Below, piece after piece: positions 19,761 to 29,335 of a DNA stretch of 64,000 bases. Positions within the stretch are counted from its first letter, which is position 1. Each line of letters opens with the position of its first letter. This DNA comes from a virus. The stretch is taken from IMG/VR virus record IMGVR_UViG_3300009128_000011, positions 1-64,000 of that record; one strand, given 5' to 3'. Under the pieces are notes generated by a model that was not told the origin of the DNA, ran no database searches, and saw only the letters and a list, made by a program, of their open reading frames with translations. A program made the position numbers and the translations under genes.

Positions 19761-20608
19761 ACGACGCCCGTCTGCGGGAGGAGCGCAACGACGCCCTGGA
19801 CCGCGCCGAGAAGGCAGAGGCCGCCCTCGCCCGTCTGCGGAAGGAGTACGCCGAGCTACGGGTTCGACACCGCGAGGTGGATCACAAGGCAGCGCTGGCC
19901 ATGGGGCGGTTGGGAGTTCCGTTGGACGCCCCCGGCTTCTTCTGTGCCTGCGGCGTCTGGACGACCGTCGACTACGATGACCGCGGCATCTGCGAGATGT
20001 GCGGTCTGCACGCCGACGAACTCGCCCGTCTGCGAGAGAAGCGCCTCGCCCTGGTGGAGGCGGTGGCGTGGGTGACGGACAATGCCGACCCGCCCGTTGC
20101 CCCGTGCAAGGACTGTGATGCCTGCGGGTGCTCCTCGTGCCGCGGTGCGACGCCTCATCCCTACGGCCCTCGCCCGTCTCGCTGGGAGGGAGGGGTGAGG
20201 CGCGAAGACGACCCGCTCGCCGTGGCCCCGGACAACGTCTGGGGGTACCGGCAGAACCAACCGAAGCTCGTCGCCCGGGACCTTGCCCGGCTCGCCGACG
20301 TGCCGCACGCGGTCACCCACGCCGTACTCGTTGCCCGAGGCGTCTACAAGTGGCTGGCGGTGCGACGGGACTTGATCCGGCTCAAGGACAAGTGGAAGGC
20401 CCAGGTGCGGCTCGCCCACTATGCCGTGACGGCCTGTCGGCGCGGGGCACGGAAGGTCGACGGGCGCCCTCGGGAGTGGTGGCGTGGCTACCTCGCTGCG
20501 AAGACGGAGGATCGGGCGGACGTGCGGGCGCTCTGCCACTCGGAGCGGTGGAGAGCGCCGGACAACGACGACGAGGCGCAGGCGTTCCTGGCCCGGGGGA
20601 CCCCATGA
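19757..20608 (+). CDS. Hypothetical protein with coiled coil and Cys clusters
   Basis: ATGA overlap; CACG...CEMCG, CKDC..CGC..C. Confidence 0.55.
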   Translation: MNDARLREERNDALDRAEKAEAALARLRKEYAELRVRHREVDHKAALAMGRLGVPLDAPGFFCACGVWTTVDYDDRGICEMCGLHADELARLREKRLALVEAVAWVTDNADPPVAPCKDCDACGCSSCRGATPHPYGPRPSRWEGGVRREDDPLAVAPDNVWGYRQNQPKLVARDLARLADVPHAVTHAVLVARGVYKWLAVRRDLIRLKDKWKAQVRLAHYAVTACRRGARKVDGRPREWWRGYLAAKTEDRADVRALCHSERWRAPDNDDEAQAFLARGTP

Positions 20609-20714
20609 CCGAGTGGGACTGGCTACTGGCCGCCACCTTCGCAGCGGTGGTGGCGATTGCCGCCTGGTGCGTCCTGGACCAGCGGAGGGAAGACAAGTGA
20701 GGCGAGGAATCCAG

Positions 20715-21095
20715 ATGGTCGCTTGCTACGCGCTGTTCCCCCTCGCTGTGGGGTGTCTGCTGGGGCTGCTGTTCGGCTGCCAGGTCGACGACCCCCGCCC
20801 GCCAGACACCCCCCAGGAGTGGATCCGCATCTTCGAGCACCCCCTCCTCGACTGGACCATCGTGATCTCCGACCGGGAGGCGCCGACCACCGACTGCACG
20901 GTCACGGTCCACGTGGACGACCGCTACGCCGTCTTGCACCCCTGCCCCGACTGGGACCAGACTCGCTACTCGCTGCACGAAGTCCTGCACGTGGTGTTCG
21001 CCGCCGTGTGCGCGGACAAGGAAGCCGGCAGCGACGCCCGAGAGGAACAGGCGGTAGACGCCGTCGTCGGGGCGGTCCTCGACGGGCCGTGGTAA
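20715..21095 (+). CDS. Putative lipoprotein with HEXXH motif
   Basis: Hydrophobic N-terminus ending LLFGC; YSLHEVLHV; downstream EE. Confidence 0.5.
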   Translation: MVACYALFPLAVGCLLGLLFGCQVDDPRPPDTPQEWIRIFEHPLLDWTIVISDREAPTTDCTVTVHVDDRYAVLHPCPDWDQTRYSLHEVLHVVFAAVCADKEAGSDAREEQAVDAVVGAVLDGPW

Positions 21096-21646
21096 GCTTT
21101 TGACGCCGCCCCTCCCGGGAGTACCCGCCCGCTGGGCCTCCGGTGCTGCAAGCACCCCGGGAGGTGGCGGCGAACCTCCGTCCCTGCTAGACTTCGCGGT
21201 GCTTGCAGTTGAGACGGAGGACAGCATGGCGACTCGCTACGACTACTACTGTGAGGGGTGCCAGTGGGGGACGCGTCGCGTGTCGCTAGAGATCAACAGG
21301 GAGCGCAGGGAACGCCGAAAGCGGACCGCGGACCTGGAGGCTGACTCGAGGGCGCGGCTCGAGCACCTCACCGACGTGGTGCAGCGTCTCGTCCTGGAGG
21401 GGCCGTGACCCCTCCCACCTGCCGAGCCATCCGCGCAGCGGCCCGGACGGAGTTCTGTCCTGCCGACTGCGAGCTGCGAGGGAAGCCCCCGGCCTCGTGC
21501 CGGTGCGTCCGTCTGCAGGCGGTGGCGGACCGGGTCCGTGCGCAGCGGGAGACGGCTGACGCCCCCATGCGGCCGACGTCGGGCCAGGGGCGGGTGCGGT
21601 ACATCCAAGAGCCCGAGTGGGCGTTCGGTCGCCAAGGGAGGAGACG

Positions 21647-22048
21647 GTGAAGCGCTGGCACACGAAGATCGACGAGCACACCTGCGACCCCTGCCGGTCC
21701 ATGGACGGGGTGCTGGTCCCGGAGGGGACGTTCCCGCCGCTGGCGGAGTGCGAGTCGGAGGCGCCGTGTCGGTGCGGGGTGGAGCAGGCGTTCGCCGAGG
21801 CTCCCTTCGCTGGCACGCACGCCTTCCAGCTCGGGTGGGGGGATCGGCTGCGGCTGCTCCTCGGCCGGCCGCTGGTAGTGTCGACGGAGCTCGTGGTGGC
21901 CTACTTCGACGGCGACCGCTCCATCGACGTCGGTCCGGCCCGGTGGCTGGCGGGCGCGGTGCCGTTCGGCCGGCCGGCGTGGACGCGGTGGGGGTGGTGG
22001 CGGGGTCTCCTCCCCTCCCGCAGCGCGGAGGCCGAGCGTGCCCCCTGA
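21647..22048 (+). CDS. Small protein with MuF-like Cys motif
   Basis: RWHTKIDEHTCDPCRSMDG...PP...CRC; GGAGG RBS. Confidence 0.5.
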   Translation: MKRWHTKIDEHTCDPCRSMDGVLVPEGTFPPLAECESEAPCRCGVEQAFAEAPFAGTHAFQLGWGDRLRLLLGRPLVVSTELVVAYFDGDRSIDVGPARWLAGAVPFGRPAWTRWGWWRGLLPSRSAEAERAP

Positions 22049-23159
22049 TCTCCCTCCCCTCTTCACCTGCGAGGTCCACTCCTGCCGGATGACGCGCCAG
22101 GCGTGCCTGCGTCGGCAGCAGCCGCAGAAGCTCGGTCGGGGCACCCGCGAGACGAAGCGAGTCCCGTGCCCGGAGGACTGCGAGGAGGGGTCGGAGACGA
22201 GTCGCCTGGCGGAGGTCGGCGAGCTCCCCGACGCGGACTTCTCCGAGCTGCTGGACAACGACTGCGACGGGGAGGACAACGGCGGGGGGGAGGGTGGCGT
22301 GCCGCCCGTCGCCCCGGAGTCCCCCGAAGCCTCGCCCAGTGCGGGTGAGGTGGCGAACCTGCTGGAGACGGAGCCCGCGGGTGAAGATCCCCCCGAGGCT
22401 ACGCATGATGCGCCGGAAGTCCGCACGGAGCCTGCGTCCGACAACGACTGCGACGGGGGTGATGACGGTCGTCGCTGCTCCGAGTGCAACAAGCCGTTCC
22501 GGTTCCGGTCTCGTGACCGTCGCCGGCGCACCTGCAGCACCGAGTGCAGCGGCGTCCGGCGGGACCGGAAGAGGAACGAGAAGCGCCGCGCCGTCGCCCG
22601 TGCGTCCAGGGAGGCCAATCCTCCTCCCACTCACTGCTCCGAGTGCCCGAACGAGCTGCCGCAGCAGACAGGGGGCAGGCAGCGCCTGACCTGCAGCAAG
22701 AAGTGCTACCGCCGGCGGAAGGCGCGCCTGGCCCGGGAAGCGAGGGGGAAGCCCCCTCTTGCGCCCCGTCCCCCTCCCGACGCCCCTCTCCCCATCTGCG
22801 CGGTCCAGTACCCCCACAAGCGGTGCACCAACTCGGTGGGTGTCCTCTCTGGCGGCAAGCGGCTGAAATACTGCGACGAGTGCAACGCTGACGGCTCGGC
22901 CAACCGCTACCGGGCGTGGGACTACCGGAGGCGCAAGCCGGACCCGAGGGGGCAACGGTACGACAAGCGGGGGCGGCCGCCGAAGGGGAGCAAGCCGAAG
23001 CCGAAGGCACCCCCTCCGAAGCCGGCTCCCCCTCCCCGCATCAACTACCAGTTCAAGCTGGTCGAGCTGCTCAGGAAGGCCAAGCCGGAAGACCTTGACC
23101 TCGGCGCTCTCCCCGCCTGGTTCGTCCGGGCGTGCGCTCGCTACCTGGATCCGCGATGA
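22038..23159 (+). CDS. Multi-Zn-finger basic protein with acidic linker
   Basis: Repeated CxEC...TCSxxC units; duplicated DNDCDG. Confidence 0.6.
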   Translation: MPPDLPPLFTCEVHSCRMTRQACLRRQQPQKLGRGTRETKRVPCPEDCEEGSETSRLAEVGELPDADFSELLDNDCDGEDNGGGEGGVPPVAPESPEASPSAGEVANLLETEPAGEDPPEATHDAPEVRTEPASDNDCDGGDDGRRCSECNKPFRFRSRDRRRRTCSTECSGVRRDRKRNEKRRAVARASREANPPPTHCSECPNELPQQTGGRQRLTCSKKCYRRRKARLAREARGKPPLAPRPPPDAPLPICAVQYPHKRCTNSVGVLSGGKRLKYCDECNADGSANRYRAWDYRRRKPDPRGQRYDKRGRPPKGSKPKPKAPPPKPAPPPRINYQFKLVELLRKAKPEDLDLGALPAWFVRACARYLDPR

Positions 23160-23342
23160 TGGTCTCCACGATGCGCCCCTTCCTCTTGCGGCTCCGCTCC
23201 TGGTGGCTGCGGCTCAAGCTCGACCTGCTGGAATGGCAGATCCGGGGGGTCGACCCCGGTGATCCCGGGAGGGGGAGCCTGGTGGCGGACAGCATCCGGG
23301 TGCGCCGGGAGCTCGCCCGCCTCGGGCGGGAGGGGAGGCGCC

Positions 23343-23987
23343 GTGGAGGAGCGTAGGTCTCCGAACCCTCTCCCTGACGAGGAGGAGCTGCGGCTCAAGC
23401 TGCTCGACAGGATGCCGCCGGAGGAGGCGAAGCTGCTGACGCTGCGGATGCGCCGCGCCGGGTACAAGCTGCAGGAGATCGCCGACGCGACGGGGCGCAA
23501 GAAGTCGCAGGTCGGGTACTGGTGCCGCAAGGCGGGGCTGTCCCGTGGCAAGCCGGCGCCGGTCCAGCGGGGGGAGAGCCCGACGATGGTGCGCAAGCGG
23601 CTCTACCAGAGCCTGCGCACGCTCAGCCTCGACGGCGTCCCCCCCACGCAGGAGGAGATCGGCAAGGAGACGCTGCGCACGATGGCGCGGGCGCTCGCCG
23701 AGTTCAACCGGCTGCTACTGGCGGGGGCGGTGAGTGCGAAGGACCTGATCAAGTACCTGGAGACGGCCCCGAAGGCCGCGGCCCTCATGTTGGGGGAGCC
23801 GACCGACATTGTGGACCAGCGGGTCCGGGACGAGAGCGGCGGGTCCGACGCGACGGACATCATCATGGAGGGGCTGGCGGCGCAGGGGTGGGAGGTCTCG
23901 CTCCGTCAGAAGGGGGCGCCGGAGGTGGAGGCGGAGATCGTGGAGGAGGAGGAGCCGAGGGCGCTCCCCCCTCACGACGAGGACTAG
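23343..23987 (+). CDS. HTH protein, putative terminase small subunit
   Basis: AGYKLQEIADATGRKKSQVGYW HTH, helical middle, LGEPTDI; upstream of terL on the same strand. Confidence 0.5.
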   Translation: MEERRSPNPLPDEEELRLKLLDRMPPEEAKLLTLRMRRAGYKLQEIADATGRKKSQVGYWCRKAGLSRGKPAPVQRGESPTMVRKRLYQSLRTLSLDGVPPTQEEIGKETLRTMARALAEFNRLLLAGAVSAKDLIKYLETAPKAAALMLGEPTDIVDQRVRDESGGSDATDIIMEGLAAQGWEVSLRQKGAPEVEAEIVEEEEPRALPPHDED

Positions 23988-25515
23988 GCCGCGGCCAGGT
24001 AGTAGACCCGGGCGGGGCGCCCGGAGTCGGCGTCCATCTGGTCGCACTCGAGCCGGTAGCAGGCGTCCCGGAGCCAGAGCTGGAGCTCGGCCCCGCGGTC
24101 GGGGTCCTGCTCCAGCCCGGGGCCGACCCAGTCGTGGGCGTGGAGGAGGAGGGGGCGGGCCCCGTCGAGGTCGCCGCGGTCGAGCGCGGCGTTGCCGTCG
24201 TCGAGCAGGGCGGACAGGCGGTCGATGGGGGTCGGCATGGCGTTCTCCTTCAGGCGTTGAGGTGGTTCCAGGCGTCGATCACGTCCACCTGCTCGTGTCC
24301 CTGGCGCTCCAGGTCGTCGGCCCGCCGGTTGGCGGTGTCGAGCGTCCGGTGCCAGGTGGCGTTGCCGTCGCCGTCGCAGCAGTAGAAGCCGGAGCGGCGG
24401 CGGGGGAGCGAGTGGAGGCGGTAGAGCTTCACGGCTACACCAGCCCCGAGCGGGCGAGCCAGCGGGCCCAGCGGGCGTCCCGCTCGGCCTGCTCGGCCTT
24501 GACCTTGAGCTGGGCGATCTGCCCGTCGGTGAGCAGGGCGCCGCGGGCGTTGTCGAAGCGCGCCCAGGCGTCCCTGGCGCGCTTCTCGGCTCCGGCGTAG
24601 TGGCCGAGGCGGGGGTCGGTGTCGTGGTGGGGCTGCATCAGTCGTTACTCCTGGCGGCAGCGCTCCAGCGATCCCTGCGGCGGATGTCGTCTCGGATCGC
24701 CCATTCGGCGGAGGGCCAGCGTCCGAGGTGTCGGATGGGGTCGGATCGCCCCTCTTGCTTGGCGATCTGGCTCTCGGCCTTGGCGGTGCCGATGAGCCAC
24801 GCAGCCCACTCGTGGACGGTCGCCCGGAGGGCTTCGTCGAAGGGCTGGCCGGCCTGCAGCCGGGCCATGTTGAGGTCGTCGACCTCGCAGGCGACGGCGG
24901 TGAGAGCCCGCAGGGCCATGTCGAGCTGGTGGAGGGTGATCATCAGCCGTTGCTCCTGTCGAACGTCGTGCACATCTCGTCGAAGTGGGGTGCCCGGCGG
25001 CTTCCGTCGGCGTCCGCTTCATCGCTCCAGGCGACCCAGTCGTGGGCGTGGTGGAGGAGGGGCCGGGCCCCGTCGAGGTCGCCGCGGTCGAGCGCGGCGT
25101 TGCCGTCGTCGAGCAGGGCGGTCAGGCGGTCGATGGGGGTGGGCATGGTCTCCTCCAGTCTCGGGTTCCTCTACCACCCAGACCCCGTGCCGGGGCTACG
25201 GGGTGAGGGGGTGTCAGCGCCAGAAGGCGCCGGCGTCTAGTGGTCCCCGGCGGGGCCGGCCCGGTAGCCGTCCGCCGTGATGTGCAGCAGCCCCGCCTCG
25301 TCGACCGGCGTGACCGTCGGCTCGGTCGCGGTGAGGTACCGCACCGACTCCAGCACGTCGTCGAAGGTGACGCCGAAGTGGCGCGCCGCGGCGTCGAACG
25401 CCGACTGCGTCCCGAAGATGGAGATCCGGTCCCGCCAGTTCGTGCCCCGGACCTCGCAGGTGGGGTCGACGACGTTGAAGGCGGCCATCATACGGTCGTG
25501 GTGGGTGTCGTCCAT
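23984..25515 (-). CDS. Island 2: six small genes (25237-25515, 24943-25146, 24638-24943, 24435-24638, 24250-24432, 23984-24238)
   Basis: Tightly packed minus-strand ORFs downstream of module copy 2. Confidence 0.7.
24124..25148. repeat. 117-bp direct repeat (24124-24240 and 25032-25148)
   Basis: 4 mismatches by manual alignment; both encode MPTPIDRL.ALLDDGNAALDRGDLDGARPLL.HAHDWV. Confidence 0.92.
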
Positions 25516-25614
25516 GTTCCGTGCTCCGTTGTGGCGTCCCCTAACCATGCCCATATAGTAGCAGCACCCCCGGGGGAGGTCAACCCCAAAACGCACGTTG
25601 TGCGAAAAAAGATC
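25515..25614 (-). promoter_or_regulatory. 100-bp promoter/leader module, copy 2
   Basis: GATCTTTTTTCGCACAACGTGCGTTTTGGGG TTGACC-17-TACTAT, 33-nt leader. Confidence 0.85.
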
Positions 25615-25620
25615 CCCACC

Positions 25621-25650
25621 TTGCTCGTCCGCCAACTCCCCGGGTATAGT
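25621..25650 (+). promoter_or_regulatory. Divergent promoter for a leaderless RHH gene
   Basis: TTGCTC-18 nt-TATAGT, 6 nt before ATG 25657. Confidence 0.6.
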
Positions 25651-25656
25651 CCATCT

Positions 25657-25827
25657 ATGGCCAAGACCTACAACCTACGTGTCCCCCTCGACGATGATCA
25701 GGCCGAGTGGCTGAAGGCGGAGGCTGCCCGGCGGCGGGTCTCCATGGCCGCGGTGGTGCGGGAGCAGCTCCTGCGGATGATGGAGGGGAAGCCGGAGCCG
25801 CGGGGGCAGCGGGAGGCCACTGCGTGA
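25657..25827 (+). CDS. Ribbon-helix-helix (CopG/Arc-like) regulator
   Basis: YNLRVPLDDDQAEWLKAEAARRRVSMAAVVRE. Confidence 0.75.
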   Translation: MAKTYNLRVPLDDDQAEWLKAEAARRRVSMAAVVREQLLRMMEGKPEPRGQREATA

Positions 25828-26240
25828 GCCGCCCTCCTTCCCTCGCCACCCTCTGCGCCCGCTTTCGCAAGCGGGCCGACCGCTACGCGCCTGGCGCTGT
25901 CGTGCTCCTCAATGACTCGCTGGCGCAGTCCGTGGCGGCGCTGTGGCAGGCGACGCCGTCGGAGTGGACGAGGCCCTCCACCAAGCCCCCCCGCGACCCG
26001 TACGAGTGGGCGTGGACCGGCGTGGACCTGACCGCCGTGGCGGAGGACATCGCGGGCGCCAGCGGGATCCCGCTGCCCACGGTGGCGGTGAAGCTCCTGT
26101 TGTTGATCAGGACCAGGATGGTCTACCCGGACGGGACGGTGGCGGACGCGTGTCGGGACATCTTGGACGCTCGGCGCTTGGCGCACACATCCTCGGCGCT
26201 CCAGTCCTTGGAGAAGGGCCGCAAGGCCGTGGACAGGTGA
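25824..26240 (+). CDS. Hypothetical protein
   Basis: GTGA overlap with the RHH gene. Confidence 0.55.
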   Translation: MSRPPSLATLCARFRKRADRYAPGAVVLLNDSLAQSVAALWQATPSEWTRPSTKPPRDPYEWAWTGVDLTAVAEDIAGASGIPLPTVAVKLLLLIRTRMVYPDGTVADACRDILDARRLAHTSSALQSLEKGRKAVDR

Positions 26241-26422
26241 GGCTACCTGTTCTCTCGGATGGCCTGTTCCTTGGTCAGGCCGAACAACTCGACGCCGGGC
26301 GCGATTTCCCCTACGGCCGTTCGGGCGGTGGCCGCGGGGACGGTGCGGATCGTCCGCTTGCGACGTCGTCCGCTGTGGGTGAAGGGGAAGGAGGCTTGCT
26401 TGGTGGAGGGCATCGGTCCAGC

Positions 26423-27283
26423 CTACAGGGAGCGGGGGCAGTACGGACAGCCGTCGGGGCAGTCGCTACCGCTGTGGGCGTTGCCCTTTTTTGGGGTCTC
26501 CAGCCCGGCGTGCTCGACTACGGCCCGGTAGAGGTCCTCGCCGTAGCAGCCCTGGTAGTGCCGGAGCCACGCCTGCGCCTTGTCGGGCGTGATGCCGCGG
26601 ACCTTGGCCGTCGCCAGCGTCCAGCGGGTGGCGCTCTCGGCGGGGACGTACCACTTCTCGGCGTTGCCGTAGTACTCGTAGTAGGCGGTCGTGCCGTCAG
26701 CGAGGCGGTACTCGTCGAGCGTGGCCCAGCCGAGCCGGCCGTCGGGGCCGAAGTTGCTGGCGAGCCGGTCCACCTTCTCGACCTCGTCTCCGGCGTCGTC
26801 GGGGGTGGTGGTCGTCTCGGTCAGCCCGGCGGTGCGCTCGTCCTTGATCGCCCGGTAGGCGATGGCGGTGAGGTCTCGGCCGAGCAGCGTCACGGCGGCC
26901 TCGGCCCTCTGCACTTCCTGGGCCTTGGGCGCCGCCAGCCTCCGCTCCTCCTGACGGCCCTTGCAGGCGTCCTGGTCCAGGCAGGACACGTGCCAGCGCC
27001 CCCCGTCGTGGCTCGCGTCCTCGCACTCGAAGTGGTTGGAGCTGGAGCCGAGGCACTTCCACGTCTCGCCCTCGCCGGGCTGGCAGAGGTGACCGCACTC
27101 GTAGCAGCACTCGGCGCGGCGGTTGGCCCGCACGGTCGGGGCGTGGTCGTGGGTGCAGGTTTCGATAGCGGGACACTCGGTGTGTCGGACGGCCCAGCGG
27201 CCGTTGCTGCGGTAGCACTCGCCTTCGTTGGCGGCCACGTAGCCGCCGCACTCGCTGCAGGTTCCTGGGTAGCGGTTGTTCAT
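26423..27283 (-). CDS. Island 3 protein with two Cys/His Zn-finger repeats (followed by small ORF 26243-26413)
   Basis: NRYPGTCSECG..V...EG...W...H..C and NRRAECCYECG...GEG...WHVSC. Confidence 0.7.
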   Translation of the reverse strand: MNNRYPGTCSECGGYVAANEGECYRSNGRWAVRHTECPAIETCTHDHAPTVRANRRAECCYECGHLCQPGEGETWKCLGSSSNHFECEDASHDGGRWHVSCLDQDACKGRQEERRLAAPKAQEVQRAEAAVTLLGRDLTAIAYRAIKDERTAGLTETTTTPDDAGDEVEKVDRLASNFGPDGRLGWATLDEYRLADGTTAYYEYYGNAEKWYVPAESATRWTLATAKVRGITPDKAQAWLRHYQGCYGEDLYRAVVEHAGLETPKKGNAHSGSDCPDGCPYCPRSL

Positions 27284-27382
27284 CGTATTGCCTCGCGTTG
27301 TCGCGTCCTTGACTATGCCCATAGTGTAACAACCCACGCTGGCCTGGTCAAGGGAAAAGCGCACATCGGGCGAAAAAAGATC
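27283..27382 (-). promoter_or_regulatory. 100-bp promoter/leader module, copy 3
   Basis: GATCTTTTTTCGCCCGATGTGCGCTTTTCCC TTGACC-17-TACACT, 33-nt leader. Confidence 0.85.
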
Positions 27383-27403
27383 ATGCCTGCGAGCCCCCGC
27401 TAG

Positions 27404-29335
27404 GTGCCCTCCCCCCCCGACGTCCAGGCCGACCTGCGGGCAGCGGTCGACGCCCTCCCGGAGGAGGACAAGCAGCGGCTGGCGGCGGCCTTCCGGGAGG
27501 ACGCCGAGCGGCGTCGACAGGAGCAGGCGCAGCACGAGGAGCGGGAGAGGGAAGCGCGCAAGGCCCGGGGACGCCGGGATCCCGCGTGGTTCCTGCGGTG
27601 GTACCTGCCCAAGGCCTTCCGGCTGAAGTTCGGCCGCTTCCAGCTCGACCTGATCGACGACTTCAAGGAGCTGATCGAGGCGTCGCTGGCGAAGGAGGAG
27701 CGCGTCGGCCCTGCACTTCGGCTCGTCGAGGAGGACTGGCGGGAGGTCGATACGGAGCCCGACGACGGGGAGGACTACACCGAGGAGGAGCTGGAGGCGC
27801 TCCTTGAGCAGGCAGCCGGGGAGGTGCCGCACTGCGAGGTCGCCGTGTGCCCACGCTTGCACGGCAAGACTTCGTTGCTGGAGGGGCTCGTCCTGTGGTG
27901 CGTGGCGTATGGGCTGCGCAACTTCATCCTGTTCTGTTCGTCGATCCAGGAGCAGAGCATGGACCGCCTCAGCGTGGTCATGGGCCACATCGAGAGCAAC
28001 GACCGTCTGCACGCTGACTTCCCCGAACTGCGCCCGGGCAAGATCAAGTGGACGAACAAGGACGGTGTCACGTCCACGGGGATCCGCCTCAAGGCGTACG
28101 GGATCCTCAACCGGATTCGGGGGGTCAAGCACGGGGAGCTGCGCCCCGACCTCGCCCTCGGTGATGATATCGAGGACACGGTCAACGTCGAGACGGAGCT
28201 CCAGCGGCGCAAGGGGCGCACGTGGCTGACCCGGGTCCTCATGCCGGCGCTCGACAACCTGCGGGGCGTCCTGTTCATCGCCGGGACCATCCTCCACTAC
28301 GACGCCCTCCTGGCCCGTCTGGTGGACGAGGACGAGCACTTCCCGGGGTGGCGCAAGCGGCGCTACAAGGCACTCAACAAGGACGCCAACGGGAAGTTGT
28401 GGGCTCTCTGGCCCTCTCGGTGGCCGGTGCCCGCGCTGCTGGCACAGCGGTCGGCCAAGACGGGGGTGGGTGCAATCGCCTTCGCCTGCGAGTACCAAAA
28501 TGACCCGATCAGCGACGAGACGACCCTCTTCCAGATGACATGGCTCCGCGGTGGCCGCGACCGCGGCCGCGCCTTCGCCGAGAGCTACGAGGCGGCGAAG
28601 GCGACGCTGGGCGGGGTACCTCCCCTCGTCATGGTCCCGGGGTGCGACTTCGGGTGGGTCCACGACAAGAAGAGCGCGGAGGAGCGGGACTCCAACTACA
28701 CGGTGTGCATCACCGTCGCCGTCCACCCCGAGACCCGCCACCGCCACATCCTGCGCATCTACCGGGACCGCGGGCGCACGTCACAGCAGTACATCGACGC
28801 CATCGCCGACGAGGTGCGGGTCACCTACCCGGACCCGGTGGAGTGTCCGCGCCACCGCCTGGCGGTGGAGACCGTGGGGCTGCAGCGGCAGCTCTACGAG
28901 CTCGGTTTCCAGGAGCAGACCGACCTCAGCGTGGTCGGGATCAACACGGGCACCGAGAAGGCCGACCCCTACGAGGGGATCCCGATCTTGTCGGCGCTGT
29001 TCGAGGGCGGCCAGTACCACACGCCGTGGCCGGTCGGTGACGACCCGGAGTCGGTCCGGCAGCGGGAGCTGGTGCAGACGCTGGAGAACGAGCTGTGGGG
29101 GCTCGGCTCCGAGGCGCACGACGACATGGTCCTGGCCCTCTGGTTCACAGAGGTGGTGATTCGCCGTATGCTGAGGGTCTACGACGCCGCCCTCCGACAG
29201 GCGGCCCAGCGGGAGGAGCAGCCCAGTGGCAGACCGCAGCAGCCGCCGACACCCGCCCCAGCTCGAGAGCCGCAAGGCCCAACAGGGCAGCGGGTCATCC
29301 CCACCAGGCCCATCGGGGTCCGTCGTGTCGGGTAG
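27404..29335 (+). CDS. terL: Terminase large subunit
   Basis: PRLHGKTS Walker A, RPDLALGDDIED Walker B, GTILH, EYQNDP, GCDFG, HDDMVLAL. Confidence 0.93.
   Translation: MPSPPDVQADLRAAVDALPEEDKQRLAAAFREDAERRRQEQAQHEEREREARKARGRRDPAWFLRWYLPKAFRLKFGRFQLDLIDDFKELIEASLAKEERVGPALRLVEEDWREVDTEPDDGEDYTEEELEALLEQAAGEVPHCEVAVCPRLHGKTSLLEGLVLWCVAYGLRNFILFCSSIQEQSMDRLSVVMGHIESNDRLHADFPELRPGKIKWTNKDGVTSTGIRLKAYGILNRIRGVKHGELRPDLALGDDIEDTVNVETELQRRKGRTWLTRVLMPALDNLRGVLFIAGTILHYDALLARLVDEDEHFPGWRKRRYKALNKDANGKLWALWPSRWPVPALLAQRSAKTGVGAIAFACEYQNDPISDETTLFQMTWLRGGRDRGRAFAESYEAAKATLGGVPPLVMVPGCDFGWVHDKKSAEERDSNYTVCITVAVHPETRHRHILRIYRDRGRTSQQYIDAIADEVRVTYPDPVECPRHRLAVETVGLQRQLYELGFQEQTDLSVVGINTGTEKADPYEGIPILSALFEGGQYHTPWPVGDDPESVRQRELVQTLENELWGLGSEAHDDMVLALWFTEVVIRRMLRVYDAALRQAAQREEQPSGRPQQPPTPAPAREPQGPTGQRVIPTRPIGVRRVG

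Noticed and set aside
21100-21228. HDV-like ribozyme or tRNA
   Set aside because: Could not build the nested double pseudoknot or a cloverleaf; kept only as a possible switch
22254-22457. 18-bp duplication encoding DNDCDG
   Set aside because: Short intragenic duplication in a low-complexity linker with no further structure
24124-25148. 117-bp repeat as a diversity-generating retroelement TR/VR pair
   Set aside because: No reverse transcriptase in the window, the repeat is at the 5' end of the genes, and mismatches are not adenine-specific
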